NCBI GenBank assembly: GCA_013265495.1
Contig: MU058718.1
Location: 4,175,648 to 4,239,647, forward strand
From: Vicugna vicugna
Taxonomy: Eukaryota
DNA: 64,000 nucleotides
Reading direction: 5' to 3'
The position numbers and the translations under genes were made by a program. Shown here in pieces: positions 34,780 through 47,865 of this stretch. Numbering within the stretch: the stretch's first letter is position 1; every line of letters starts with the position of its first letter. The notes under the pieces are model-generated. The model was not told the origin of the DNA. It ran no database searches and saw nothing but the letters and a program-made list of their open reading frames with translations.

Positions 34780-35150
34780 CCGGATCCCTCAGACTCCAGG
34801 ACTGCGTCCGGAAGTCCCCACAGGGAGGTTCTCGTGATGATGGCAGCGTGCGCATAATTCTGTCATGTGCCCTTTGAGGGCAGGTGCTGCCATGTGACAG
34901 CACAAGGCACCATTGTTCGTGGGCGGAAACTGACCTCTGGCGCCAGCTTCTTCATTTTCTTCGACTTCCTGGTGTCCTTTAGAAGACCGGGAACAGCTGG
35001 AGACATGAGGTTATTGGCTCCCACACAGCAGGTCCTGAAAGCGCCTCCAGCCCTGCCCAGCTGTCCCAAACGAACTTGGCGCTATTTCGTACAGTAAGAC
35101 CCTGTGCCATCGGGGAAGTGAGCACTGCGCACACTCACTGTTTCCAACTG
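34780..35150. promoter_or_regulatory. Candidate enhancer, ETS-motif cluster
   Basis: CCGGAAGT 34808-34815, GCGGAAAC ~34923, ACTTCCTG ~34964, GGGGAAGTG ~35113; CpG-elevated unique sequence. Confidence 0.35.
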
Positions 35151-36156
35151 ACTCCAGTCAGGCTCTCCTGCCTACCTCTCCCACTCGTCTGCTTCCAGGG
35201 TGTTGAATGAAGTCCCTCCCAGGAGGAAAGTAGCAACTGTATTCTTGTTGGATCTTTAAAATAAGAAGCTAGGAAGCTTCCCAGAGGCTCTGAATCTACA
35301 CTTCAAGGGCAAGGGGGAAAAAAACATTAACCTAGTTTAGCTATATTTTGGGAAACAAAAATGCTGGGCACTGGAAAACCCATTTTGCTTCCAGCTATAC
35401 GTTTTCTGGAGAGAAAACACGACAAAGCTCACCTCAGAGCCCAGAGGATAGAGCACATAGGAGAGAGCCTGTTGCTAAGGACCATGCCATGTTGCACCCT
35501 CCAATGAGTGAGTCTGTCTAGAAGAGCACTTGTGACCATGTTCTGTTGAATATATGCATTTTTGGGATGCTTTCTGCTCAGGCACCTTCCCAAGAGCCTT
35601 GTCTCTTGGTGCTGTGTATCTGGCAGACAGGGCTGGGCTGGTCCACGTGGGAGTGAATGGGAAATGGGAGGACATACCGAGTGCAGGCTCTGCTTTGCTG
35701 AAAACATCACATGGAGACGCCATCCAACTGGGAAGCTAGAAACACAGGAAATCACCTTTAACTGGAAGGAGCATCCTTAGGTTACAGAGCAGTCACTGAC
35801 AAAGAACTCCACTTCTGAAGCTTCATAAGATTTATACACAACACATCAGACGTGGTTAGCGTCTGCGATGGCCACACGTGCACGGCTTCTATAAGGGAGC
35901 TGGTCCATTCTAGCAGCCCACCAACTGGAGTTCCTTCACTTAGGCCTGGAAGGACAATTAATCCTATGCCAATGAGGCTCTTGCCCCAGGCCTCCAGGGA
36001 AGCTTCCCCCCCTTTTTTTTTTTTCCCCTGATTTGCCATGGTTTCATCTCTTAAAGTGGCTGGTGTAGGACAGGTGGTTGTTGACTGGTATGCTGGGCTT
36101 TGCCTTCATCTCTTTCTCCCTGAGAGGGGTGGAAAATAGCTAAGAAAAAACCTCAG

Positions 36157-36915
36157 TGCTTTTATCTGCTCCAATGTAACAAATTACTCTTAAACTTAGC
36201 AGCTGAAATAATGAACATTTATCATCTCATGGTTTCTGTGAGTTAGGAATTCGGGAGTGGCTTTGATGGTGGTTCTGACTCATGGTCTCCCATGAGGTTG
36301 CAGATAAGTTGTTGGCCGGGGCTGCAGTCATCTGAAGGCTCAGCTGGGGAAGGATCTGCTTGTCAGCTCAGCCATGTGGTTGTCAGCAGGCCTTCATTCC
36401 TCACTGGTCGTTGGCCAGAGACTTCAGTTCCTCACAACATGAGCATCTCATAGCCTACCTCACCATTCTCATGATGTGAGCTGGCTTCCCCCAGAGTGAG
36501 TGATCTAAGAGAAAGAGAGAGCCCAAAGCAAAAGCCACAGTCTTTTACGACCTAATCCCAGGAGTGACATCCCATCACATCTGCTGTATTCTTTTTTCTT
36601 CCGTTTTTATTAAGCTATAATTGATGTACAGCACTGTATAAGTTTAAGGTGTACAGCATGGTTACATACATCATGAAGTGATTATCACAATATGTTTAAG
36701 GAACATCCATCATCTCATATAGGTACAAAATTAAAGAAATAGAAAAAATTTTTCTTTCTTGTGGTGAGAACTCTTAGGATTGACTCTTCTAACATGTCTG
36801 CTATTTGCTATTGGTCCTTTAGAGCAACCTTATCACAGTGGGAGAGGGGGCTCCGCCAGCATGTGAATATCAGGGGGCCAGGATCCTAGGCGTCATCTTG
36901 GAGGCTGGCTACCAC
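36157..36915 (-). mobile_element. MaLR LTR (MLT1F-like) interrupted by L1 tail
   Basis: gtaacaaattactcttaaacttagcagctgaaa start; gtcatcttggaggctggctaccac end. Confidence 0.85.
36592..36796 (-). mobile_element. L1 3' tail (L1MA9-like) nested in MLT1
   Basis: ttttattaagctataattgatgtacagcactgtataagtttaaggtgtacagc...gtggtgagaactcttaggat; imperfect TSD tctgctgtattc / tctgctatttgc. Confidence 0.8.
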
Positions 36916-37527
36916 CCTCTGTTGGGAAAAAGAGCGGGAAAGAGGGCTGTGCACTGGAAAGGTTCATGGTGTGACTGGCCAATGAGCAACTCTTTTATCA
37001 ATTAGTTGAGTGTCCTTCAAAAGCCAGCTTCTCTGTTCCTCATCTCTGGCCCTTTCCTATAAAGCCAGGTGTTTGAACTAGCATGATCTTTAAGTTCTAT
37101 AAGGTCTGTGATTCTAGTAATTTGAGGTTGGTGAGGAGAGGCGTGAAGATGGGAAATAGTAGGGAGAGAAAGGAACTGGGATCTCATGAAGCAGCCCCAA
37201 GGCCGATGCCCTGAGCTGGCTCCAGGACCAGGCTAGGTGCAAGTCCTACCATTTACTGAATGAAGAAATGGGAATAAGAAGCTTTAATTTGATGGCTGCT
37301 GTCCTGTTTCTCTGAGATTTTCAGAGCCTATTTCTGTGCAAGAGCAAAACAGAGGTAACTGAGGGTGCCTTGAGACTGGGGAGAGGGCTCCCCTGGTTTC
37401 CAGAGCTGGTACTGGTTTGTGTGTAAATAGATGATGGTTCCTTATGGTCTAAATGTTTTTCAGAGTGCAGCTGCCCCAGCACCTGTCTCCAGGGGAGTGG
37501 CACTTGAGGCCATCATTGCTTCTATTT

Positions 37528-37616
37528 CTTTTTTTTAAATGGAGGTACTGGGGATTGAACCCAGAACCTCATGCATGCTAAGCACACACCTTACCACTGA
37601 GCTATTACCTTTCCCT
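37528..37616 (-). mobile_element. tRNA-derived SINE (Vic-1-like, short form)
   Basis: atggaggtactggggattgaacccagaacctcatgcatgctaagcac...accactgagcta; TSD core catcattgc (37511-37519, 37617-37625). Confidence 0.9.
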
Positions 37617-39133
37617 CATCATTGCCTCTTATTTCACATCCTGCCCACCAGTCCAGACCCTTCTACCCATGGGTGACTTTGGAGAGCATGTCACCTAGTA
37701 GGCACCTGGGAACCTTGATGTGAAAGTGTCCTTGAAAGTCTTTGATGGGGCTGCTCCTGGCTTGGGGAGCTGCCTGCTGAAAGAGCAGGGCCAGGCTTCA
37801 CTCAGTCAGCTTGCCTTCCTTTGGGTTCAGCTCAGGGAGATACCAGCTCCTCACAACCAGAGATGTAGGGACTTTTGCAATTTTTGAGCTGAAAGACATG
37901 TTCTCAGAGATGAGTTATCTACTTCTGGAACTGTCTTGGGCATTCTCTGGAAGCTCCCAGGCTTCGTGATTACCCGTGTAATTTCTTGGCATGGTCAGCG
38001 ACGCGTGAATCATTCCAGGAACCATCCCAGGTGTTTATTCCCAAACTCTGAGACTTATTCCTCACGTTTTGAGCTGTTCCTTCGGGAAAGCTTCCAGGTT
38101 TGTGGTTCTCATTATGAAAACAGAAACTCTAACTGCTTCAGGAAGCCCCCAGGGCTGAGGGGGAAGTGCCTGAGACCGCCAGACCCTCCAGCAGATCATC
38201 TATTTTCCTGCAGAGCTGAGGCCATGCAGCCAGGAGGAGGAGCAGTTTGGTTGAGCCAAAGAGACCAAATGCTAAATCCTCAGCAAGCACTCCTTTGGAG
38301 ACAAACTAGAGAAGCTTGTTTGGAAAGAAAGACCATTATCTAAAGAGCTAGGCAATATCTGGGGTTGCATTCTACTACACCGAGAGCTCCTCACATTTCA
38401 GACACGAGTTCTGGGGCTGTCTGCTGCCATGTGAATTGACTTGGGGTAAAATAAACACTGTGTTTCCGTATCATGAGTTGTATGGCTCTGTCACTTGGAC
38501 CAGAGCGACCCTAGGGAAGACCCACTTCCCAATCCCAAATGTAGTTCTCCAGGACTGGGACCCCTCATCTGGCCAGGCTCCTCCCAGATCTAACCTTCAC
38601 CTGTTTCTTTCTTCCCTTCTCTTCTCTTCTCTTCCCTCGCCTTTTTTGATCTCAAAAGGACATTAAGATTTGGGAGTTCGGCAGATTCTTAAAACCAGAA
38701 ACTAAGACATAAATGGGGTCTTAGAGATTATCTAGTTCAGCCTCTCCCCTAATTCAGAAATCTTCAAAGATCTGGCCTCTGGCAGACACTTTATGATAAG
38801 GACAGCCCTGTGGCACAAAGCAATTCATTCTCTTTGGATGGCTCTTATTATGGTGGAATCCATTTGCATGTAGATTTTCTTATACTGAAGTCTGCCTCTC
38901 TGACACTTACTCACATTGACTCTTATTTTGCCTTCGGGGGCAACCTAGGTTACAGGTTCCTACTTCTCTATAGCAGCCTTTCAGATGTTTGAAGAAAATG
39001 GCTAAGAGGCAGGGTGATGTTGCAGCCAAAGCATACAATTTGGATCTAGGTTGAGTCCCAGATCTGCCACTATGTGCGATTTCAAGGAAGTCCCATCACC
39101 TCATCTGCAAGTAGAGATGGTACCCACTGTATA

Positions 39134-39335
39134 CAGTGGTGTGAGGGAACCAGATACTGCGTGTCTCCTCTTACCTCTGTATCCAGATACTGCGTGTCTC
39201 CTCTTACCTCTGCATCCACTGACCTCGTTTTGGTTGCCTAAAATGAGCCGCGGTGCGAATATTTACACCATGGATATTGGCGAATGCTATAAATCAAGGC
39301 TTTGGTTTGGTTTTTGTTTTACCAGCACACCACTG
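39134..39335 (+). mobile_element. MER63A-like hAT element
   Basis: Terminal inverted repeats CAGTGGTGTG / CACACCACTG; tatttacaccatggatattggcgaatgctataaatcaaggc core. Confidence 0.85.
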
Positions 39336-39435
39336 ACCATCTCTTAACTTAGCGGTAAGGGTCAAATAAGATAGCGCAAGTAAATGTCCTGTGTGAATTA
39401 TAGCGTCTTTAGAAATAATAGATATTAGTTATTTT

Positions 39436-39957
39436 GATAGACTATTACAAAATAGTCCCCAGGGAATCACACTCCTGAATTCACACTGTTCTGTGGCCCC
39501 TTTCCATATTGTGTCTGGGCTGGTCTTATGAAATGCTTGGTCCAGTACAACGTGACAAAAATTCCATCCTGGGCATTAGAAGACTTGCAGCATCCACTTT
39601 CCCTGTCTTGCTGTCTTGAGAAGCCATGAGGCCCTGGATAGCCTCATTGAGGATGTGAGGCCATGTGGAGGAGGAAGATGAAAGAACATGGGGAGAGGGG
39701 TGCAGCCAGTCCACAGCCATTCCGAACATCCCAACTAAGGCGACAGACATGTGAGAGAAGCAGTTACGACTCCTCTAGCCCCAGTCAACCTGCCAGCTGG
39801 CTGCAAATGTAACAGTGAGACCAGCCCAAGCCACCTCACCACTTGGGGCAGAGAAAATCTCTCCAGCCCAGATTGCATAATAGTGAGCAAATAAATGGTT
39901 ATTGTTGGTTTAAGACACTGGGTTTTAGATGCGGTTTATACACAGGGAAAGATGATG
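39436..39957 (+). mobile_element. MaLR LTR (MLT1F/G-like)
   Basis: ccaactaaggcgacagacatgtgagagaagc; gtgagcaaataaatggttattgttggtttaagacactgggtttt. Confidence 0.8.
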
Positions 39958-40639
39958 TATTATTATCACATCAGGCCCCTCCATGTCTTCTCTTGTCTAA
40001 GTTAAACTTTCCCAGATCTCTGGATCTTCCTCTGGCTGGGCTCCATTCCCTGGTCCTGGGATGGACGCAGTGATAGCTTCCAGTGCTCCGACCATGGGCC
40101 GTCTACTCTCTGTTCTGGATCCTAGATAATCATTGCAGCTAGACCTTCTGGCACTTGGGGCTCACTCTGTGAGCTCATTCTAAGCCTTTGTGGTCAACTC
40201 AAACCCCCAGGCTGTGAAACTATGCTCTCCCATCCTGACAGTCTTTTTTAAAACATCTAAATACAAGGCTTAAAGTCATCACCATTGAACTCACCATTTC
40301 ACTTCCAACATTATTTCAGCCTTTCAAAATCTGGACTGTAGTTTGATTTTAAATTTTGCAACAACTATCGCATTTCCTTCCAGGCACATATTCACCCCCA
40401 CACCCAAACACACCTAGATCCAGACTCACGAACATCCAAGTACACACGAACACACATGCGCGCAACAAAAGACCGAGGTTCCTTTCAGTTTTCTGCAGTG
40501 TCTTCCTAATAGTCACAGCCCTACATGATCAGCCTTCTGCCCTCCTGCTCGGTCTCATTTCCTCGTCACCCCCCGTTTCAGCAGCAGGAAGCACAGCTCT
40601 GACTGTGACGAAACTGAGTACGGGCTATTTTTTCTCGGC

Positions 40640-41075
40640 AACAGAAGGTCAGAGGTAGGGAGTCCAGGACTAGGAGAGAGGCCCCACGGGGTCATCGGAG
40701 ATCAGGCTTCTGTGCTTCCATGCTGCCATTGCTCACAACAGCCTCACGGTTTCGGGACGGCTGTTCGCCCGTAAGTGTTGCATATGGGATCCAGGCAGGA
40801 ATGAGACAGGAAGGGGGAGAGGCAAGGGACACAGGGCCTGTTCCCTCTGATCAAGAAAACAACAGGTCTCCTTGAGGCCCTGCCCAGGAGACTTTTAGTT
40901 ACCTTCATTGGCCAGATCTGGGTCACGTGGTCACCCCAGCTATTAGGGAATTTGGGAAGGTGAGTATTTGTAACTGGGCACATTGCTACCCTGGAAAAAA
41001 AAAAAGGACTGGGGTTCTGTAAGAGAGAAATGAAGAATGAGCAATGAATAGCAGGATTTGCGACCCTCTTCTACA
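40640..41075 (-). mobile_element. MaLR LTR fragment (MLT1K/L-like)
   Basis: tcattggccagatctgggtcacgtggtcacccc...gggaaggtgagtattt...gggcacattgct. Confidence 0.7.
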
Positions 41076-41149
41076 CATACTACGAGTGGTCATCTGTCCG
41101 CCAGACACATGCCAAGTTTATTGAAAACAGGTTGAAGAAAATGAGGAGA

Positions 41150-41538
41150 CGTGGCAGATTGCAAAAAACAGCCCCAAATTCCTCCCATTTCTGTGTAAAC
41201 AACTCTTCAGTGAGTCTTGAGCTGGTCTTGTGACTTGTCTTGACCATCGAATGTGGCCAAAGTGATGCTACGTGACTTCCTGGCTCACACCTCAAGAGGC
41301 CTTTCAGCTTTTATTCTCGCCCCCTTGGAACTCACAAAGAGTGTCAGAGCAGCTCTCCCAGGATGAGAGGCCGCGCACAGAGAGAAGCCCAGCCGGTCGC
41401 CAGCACCGACTGCCAGGCCGTGCGCGAGACCACCTTAGACTGTCCAGCCCTACCCAACCTCTAGCTGGCGGCAGCTGCACCAGGAACCCCAGAAGCACCT
41501 GCTGAGCTCAGCCCCAGGGCGATCCACAGGATCAGTGT
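41150..41538 (+). mobile_element. MaLR LTR, 3'-truncated (MLT1F/G-like)
   Basis: gtggcagattgcaaaaa..gccccaaattcctccc; ctggtcttgtgacttgtcttgaccatcgaatgtggc. Confidence 0.75.
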
Positions 41539-43759
41539 GGAAAAACCACTTTCAATGGCAAAGGGCGTATTGAGAGATCATTCTCTACTATAAGAAAAGC
41601 AGCAGCACAAGTGCCGGGTCAGGCGCCTGGCTGCGGGTGAGCGCTGTCCTGGAAGTGGAGAACTGTGTAACCAGCACAGACCATTTTGCCATGAGACCCC
41701 AGTTTAAAATACCTTTTAATTTTTTTCTTCGAAAAGAAGCCATAAATCTGTGACTCTCCTAGTCTATAAATGTTGGATCAAAGTTTTTGACAGCATTGTG
41801 CAACACATCTACAAGTGAATGTGTCCCCTGAAGTTGCCAGTTATCACCATCGTGGTCCAACTCCAGGGTCTCCCCACGGAGTCTACAGAGAAGCAGAGTC
41901 CCAGGACACCAGGTCCGGGGTTTAACCTCTGGCAAAGGGTTTCCTGCTCCACCTGCACCACAAAGCTGGCTGTGTAAAGGCATCCGCCCAGTCCGATGGA
42001 TCGGTCCCCTCCTCACCACTGTTCTAAACTCCCTCTTTGGTTTCTTCCCCACTGGGCTATCTTTGCTCTGTTTGGAGGTGTAGGGGGTGTGGTGCTGATG
42101 GAGGAGTCCTGTCAGCCAAAGGCAAACCCACAGCAGCTGGATGCTCCGGGGTTGCTGGGGTTTCTAGAGCTCATGTGGCTGGAACCTGGGTGCCCAGGAC
42201 TGGCAGTAGGAACAGTCATATCCAGCCTGGCAAGTGACCGAGAGGGAGGCTCTTCTGGAAGGCTCTGAGGGCAGACCCGTGGTGGCCGCCATCCAAGACC
42301 TACGCTTCTGTCTAGCCAAATCATCAGCTCTGCTCTACTGAAGCATCACTGCCTAGAATGGGAGGGAAGATGGGGAAATGGCTGCCTGAATGTGGGAAAA
42401 ACAAGGAGGGACTGGGGCTCTCCTTGGAAGGCTCTTTTCCTGTGCTTTTCTTCCGAAAATTGGGAAGAGAAGCCTCTTGTTTGTTCCAGCTCTGGTTGCT
42501 GCAGACAGAAACAGGCAAGAGGTAATTCTCCAAGAGATACTCCAAGGGTTTTAGAGACAGGGATTGTGTCCAAGTGAAAATGGAAAGAGATCCTCAGGCT
42601 CCTTTCAGAATATGATGAGAAAGGAAGCGAAGGAAGTGAGCAGTTAACGCGCCCACCCTCACCCGACTGGGAGACTGGGAGGGGGGAGCCGGAGAGGCTT
42701 TCTTGGATGCAGCTTCCAGGGGCTTCCCTGCAGGATCCAGCAGCAGCTCTGTCGAGGGCGGACACGTTTGATTTCATTTACCTGGTGACCCTGAGGAGAG
42801 TGGCCCTGCACCTGAGAGGTCTCACCAAAGCTGACTTCCTGTCATTTAGCAGATTAAAGCGTCTCTGGGATTCTAAATGAGATTTGCAAATTGAGCCCAG
42901 AAGAGAGAGATTAAGTCTGCATCAGGAGCCCTCTAAGGTTTTCCCCTAATTTAGAATCAGCAAGGATATTAGCACCTGGGCAGCAGGCGATCCTTCTGCC
43001 CTCTTCTCTCTTGATCTGTCTAAATCCCTCACACAGAGCAAGTGCTCAAAAATTGCCGCTGAACTGAACTGGAATAAGATGCACAGGAAATGAATTCAGT
43101 AATTCCTCTGCTCATTCACCAAGTGCTTCTGCGTGCATGCTAAGCATTGTGCAATTGGAGTGGCTTTGGGTTCCCAGTTTCAGTTCCTGTGAGGGGCACT
43201 CTGGGAGTTGTGCCTCTCAGCACAGCACTGGATTTGTGGCCCCGCTTTACCGGAGAAGGAACACCAAGCTCACAGCAAACTGGAAAATTAAAGGTGGGCC
43301 CCAGGGATCCAAAACCTCATTGCTGCTGAGGGCATAGCTTCACGTGGGATGCAGGCAGGAGTCAGGGAGGTAAGCCGACCTCCTGCCATGATTTTAGGGG
43401 AGGTCAGAGTCTAGGTGGAGCCAGCCAACAATCTAGACTCTTAGTTCCATGACATTCTGGCAATATTCCTGTAATTCCAGTAATATTCACTTGCTCTGTA
43501 TCAGAGTCACCCTTTCCCAGGGTCTCAGCCTGCTTTCTCCTTGAACTTCACCATCTCACTCTCTAGGCACCGCCTTCTGCAATGCCAGCTCTCTCTGCTT
43601 TTTGAGACTATACCAGTCCCCATTCCTGGTCCCTTTGTTTCTGCTCTGTAACTTCCCCACCCGCTATAACTTCACCCAATGATGGAATAACGACAGTTGG
43701 ACCACTGGAGCAATGCTTTCCAGCAGGTTCAATTCCTCCTACCCCGTATCTTATCCCTA

Positions 43760-44650
43760 CCTCTATAAGGGAAATCTCACACACAGATTCCTGGTTTCCA
43801 GCTTCAGCCGAGTCCTCAGATCCTCTAAAAGGACTAGTGACACTTGGAAGGAGGGACCTAAGATGAGGATTAGAAGAATAAGAGGTGAAGTGGTGGGAAT
43901 GGATGAGCTCAGCCAGACACAGAAGAAGGGAGAAAAGGGTGCATACTCGTAATGTCAAATGCTGCAGCAGGGCTGGGTGGAATGAGAGCCGAGGAAAGGC
44001 TACTGGGATTAACAGCTATATCTCTGATGACCTTTGGGGGAACTGTTTTCTGCAGAGGGTGAATGCAGAAAGCAGGCTGCAGCAGGCTGGGGAGTGAATG
44101 AGCAGTGAGGAAGTAGACACATGAAAAGGAACTTCTTTAAAGGAATTTGGCTGGGAAGGGGAGCGGGTGTTTAACAGCTTGAATGCAAGTGAGGTTCAGA
44201 GTATTAGAGGCAGATGGACCTGGAGTGAGTCCTAGTTTCATCACTTGGCAACTGTGTGGGCTTAGGAATGAATGTCACTGAATTCCTCGAAGCCTCAGTT
44301 TCCTCCTCTATAAATGGAAAGGACATCTCCCACTCCATTGGATTGGTGTGAGGATTAATCAAGAGAAGGCAAATATAAATCACTATGCATCTGACACACA
44401 GTAAGAACCCAGATCATCATCCTGCTCATATTTGCAGGCTCTTAGGAAGCAGCCAGTGGAGAAGGAAAAATTAAAGATTCCGGGTGATAATTGGCAGGGT
44501 ATGTCCTAGAGGAGATGGGAGAGGATGAGGTCAACTTCCAAATGGGAGGAGGAACAGTTCTTCTGAGACAGGAAGCAATGAAAGGAGAGAGGAAGATCCA
44601 GATCGAATTTTGATGGGATGGGGTGGAAGCTGTGATCTGAGAACAACGTA
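43760..44650 (-). mobile_element. L2 fragments with an embedded MIR (~44200-44410, +)
   Basis: aatgtcaaatgctgcag...gagtgaatgagcagtgaggaagtagac (L2); agcctcagtttcctcctctataaatgg...tgtgaggattaa (MIR core). Confidence 0.7.
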
Positions 44651-44779
44651 GCTCTTCTCCAGTTTTCCAGGCTCCCTTGCCACCCGACCAATCAGCCACT
44701 TGAAGGAAGTTTTCAAGTACATAAATCAAGCCCATAAACAGACTGAAGATCAATGGTTTCTCACGTGGTATGGTTTCCA

Positions 44780-45135
44780 CACGAATACTGTCCCTCTGAG
44801 GGGTCCTTCCGACATGTTAAATTGTCTCTTAAAATGTGGACCCAGAACTGAGCATAAACATTTCAGGTATGGCCCTGACTTGTGACAAGCCCAGAGGGCT
44901 CCCACCTCCCTCTCTCGTGACTCTGCTGACACTGTTGGAGCCTCCAGCTGCTGGATCAGCCGTTGGTTCACACTGAGCCTGCAGTCAAACAAAAGCTCTA
45001 AGTCAATTTCACATACAAAACCAAGGAGATGGGATTCCTTCTTTTGTCTTTTTTTTTTCTTTTAACCACTAATCTACTTTGATTCCTTTAAAATCTTATC
45101 TTCATTTTGACCCATCCTTCTAGTCTTTCAGATTC
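44780..45135 (-). mobile_element. L3/CR1 fragment
   Basis: tctcttaaaatgtggacccagaactgagcataaacatttcagg...ttcacactgagcctgcagtcaa. Confidence 0.65.
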
Positions 45136-46349
45136 AGTTCCCTTGGCCCCAGAGGAGGAAGTTATATTTCAGACCTGTCAGGTGACTCAGCCCCATTGAC
45201 ACAAAGAATCATTGTTAGTTGCAGCCAAACAGCTCTGATATCCCTGGGGACAACCGGGGACCTCTGTGTCTTCTGAACGCTAGTGAGGATGTGCAGGAAG
45301 CGGGGTGCTCACCTGGGCCAAGGATGTGTAAGACCTCTTTGGACAAGTGGGTCCTTCCCTGAGAACTCAAGACACAGCTTTCAGAAAACGTTGTGAGTAA
45401 CATCTACTTTCAAGTTCAAAACCGCTCTTGGGAAATGAAACTAACGGTACAGAAAGGTCGATGCAAATACATACACTTCCTGGTAGCAAATGGAGGCAAG
45501 ATTTCCAGACGGCACCTACTCACACTCAGTAAGCGCTGAACAAGCAGAGAATGAACAAATGTGTCAGTGAATGAATGAAACATAAATGTACACGATTTTG
45601 AAGTCCCTGTTGATGTTGGCTATAGTTTGCTGGGCGTACACACTTGCTGTGTGGTGGGGAGGAGAGCGGCCCTGGGGCCGGGATGGCACTGCCCAACGTA
45701 CAGACCTGGAGGACAGGGTGCCCAGAGGTCAAAGAGCTGCCCACGGCTGTCTGCTGGCTGAGGAACAGGCTCTGGATATCTTTCCCCAGGTCTTCTGGCA
45801 TCTCGTTTTACTCTCCCATGGGCATTTTATGCTGCCCTCTGTCCCCTCCCTCGTCATGTCTCCTGCGACTAGCTCATGTAAAGACTAATTCAAAATGAAA
45901 CAGTTGTTTTGAAAAGCCAGCTGTTTCACTCCTATATTCCCAACAAAGATTTGATGTAAAACCAGTTCTCAGGAAGCTCCACCTGCTTCACAATGACCAT
46001 CGCTTTCACCAGCACAGAATGCGAGGGAGGGAGCTGGGGAAGAAACACACAGAGTTGTTCTCACCATGGAGACAGGTAAACTGAGGCAGAGGCTCAGCTG
46101 GGGAGTGGGAGGTGAAGGGGCAAACAGAAGGCACCACTGCTGCTGTTCCCAGGTGTCTACCTGCGACTCCCCAAGCTCCGGCCCACGTAAAGTACATCGA
46201 ATCCTTACCATCTCTTCCAGGAGAGGGGCCTGAGGATTTAGAAACCAGCCTCTTCAAAGATACTTACAAATGCAGGAAGCAGGACCCTAGCTTCTCTTGG
46301 TTATTTTTATTTTGTTTTGATAATTGACATGAAATAAACAGCCTTCTGA

Positions 46350-46490
46350 CACAATTCTTACCTTCTCTATTAGACAGTAAACTCATTGAGGGCAAGAATG
46401 GTATCTTTTCCATCTCTGTGACCCTCTATGGCTCTTAGAGCAGTCCCTTATACACAGTAAATGTGTAATAAATATTTAATAAAATAATGA
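46350..46490 (+). mobile_element. L2 3' end
   Basis: tagacagtaaactcattgagggcaagaatggtatc...cacagtaaatgtgtaataaatattt. Confidence 0.75.
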
Positions 46491-47124
46491 TGATGATAAT
46501 GATCAGTGCTTTTCTCACCTAGAAATACTCAGGCCCATATTCTACTGATATCTACTGAGCCTCTACCAAATGCCAACCAGCATTTTAAGCACTTTGCCAG
46601 TGGTGAGCAGTGACTGGGAGGTGGGCGTCCTCCCTCAGATAGCTGGCTGGGTGTGGATGATCTGCCAGTGTGGTTACAGCGATCCTGAGCTGCAGGAGCT
46701 CTGGGGTCCCAGAACCTTGGGTGGAATTCCACAGTTCACTTATTCATATCAAATGGTAGTGAAATACATCAGGAAACTCTTCCCACTCTATTTTTTTCCC
46801 TAAGAAAGCTGCTATTGTGTAACCTCAGCTGAGACGGGGTCAAGCCAGGACACAGCTCTTTTGCCTGCTCTCTGGCTCCCTGGAAGTTTCCTAAGACATT
46901 TCTGTGGAACTAATACCATCATAAGTCCAGATGTCCTTGAGGAATTGAGATAAGATTTGAGGACTTACTCCCTAAGGGCAGTGACTGCTGAATGGTCTGG
47001 ACAGACAATGATGGGGAAGGTTTCCTCAGGTGGTCCCAGGCCATTCTCGTACATTTATAACTGGAGGGTGTCACACATACAACTGATACAGATGGGATTA
47101 ATTATTCTTTTTCCCAGTGGCCCT

Positions 47125-47865
47125 TGTTCCCGAACTGAACTTGTGTCCACTCACCTGCCGAGCAGCAAAGCCAGTTTACCGACACCAGGCTGTGGTGAAG
47201 GATAGGACAGTGTTTACTGCAGGCACTAAGCAAGGAGAAAGGGCAGTTTATGCTCAAAGAACCCAAACTCCCAGATGGCTTTCAGGGAAGAGTTTTTAAA
47301 GGCAAAGTTGGGGAGAAAACTTCAGGGTGCATGACTGTCTTCTGACTGGCTGGAGGTGAAGTAACAGGGTGGTCCAGGAATCTCAGGCATCAACCTGCTG
47401 GTTCCAGCCAGTCTGGGATCTCAGTGTAGCTACCATCCTCCATCTGGGTGGAGGTCTTAGCTTCTGCAGAACTCGAAGGTCTGAGTCAGATTGTGACGTA
47501 CATCCCTTGAGGGGGCTCCAGGACTTGGTTTTATCTGTAAACTATGGTCATTACTTATCTTGCTTAACTGCTTTACCTTTGTTTCTGCATTCCCTCACGT
47601 CCCTAATTAGTAACTGCCTGTACCTGCTCTTTGGAACTCAGGGAAGGTCGAGGAGACTATAATTCCCTTTTCTACAAACAAGAAACTGGGAACCTGGAGG
47701 GACTTTTGTACCTGTAGGGTCCTGCTGTTTCAGTGCCCCCCTTTTCTTTGATACACTTCAATCCTGAGGGGAACAGGGGCAGGACAGGAAGGGAACAAAG
47801 TTTTGGATGGAGAGGTTCATCATCAACCCAGCAGGGGAGCTCAGTTTTAGGGGGACTTGGTTTCA
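47125..47865 (-). mobile_element. ERV1-class solo LTR, copy 2 (same family as 15179-15957)
   Basis: TG...CA termini; 4-bp TSD ccct/cccc; shared blocks such as ctgctctttggaactcagggaagg and ctcagttttagggggacttggtttca. Confidence 0.87.

Larger units (their letters stand above)
38710..40335 (-). mobile_element. L3/CR1 fragment split by MIR, MER63 and MLT1 insertions
   Basis: tcttagagattatctagttcagcc...cagcctttcagatgtttgaaga (to ~39000) resumes ~39970 as cccctccatgtcttctcttgtctaagttaaac...gtggtcaactcaaacccccagg. Confidence 0.65.

Noticed and set aside
15179..47865. Two same-family LTRs as ends of one provirus
   Set aside because: They are 31 kb apart, clearly diverged with indels, have different flanks, and no gag/pol/env lies between them.
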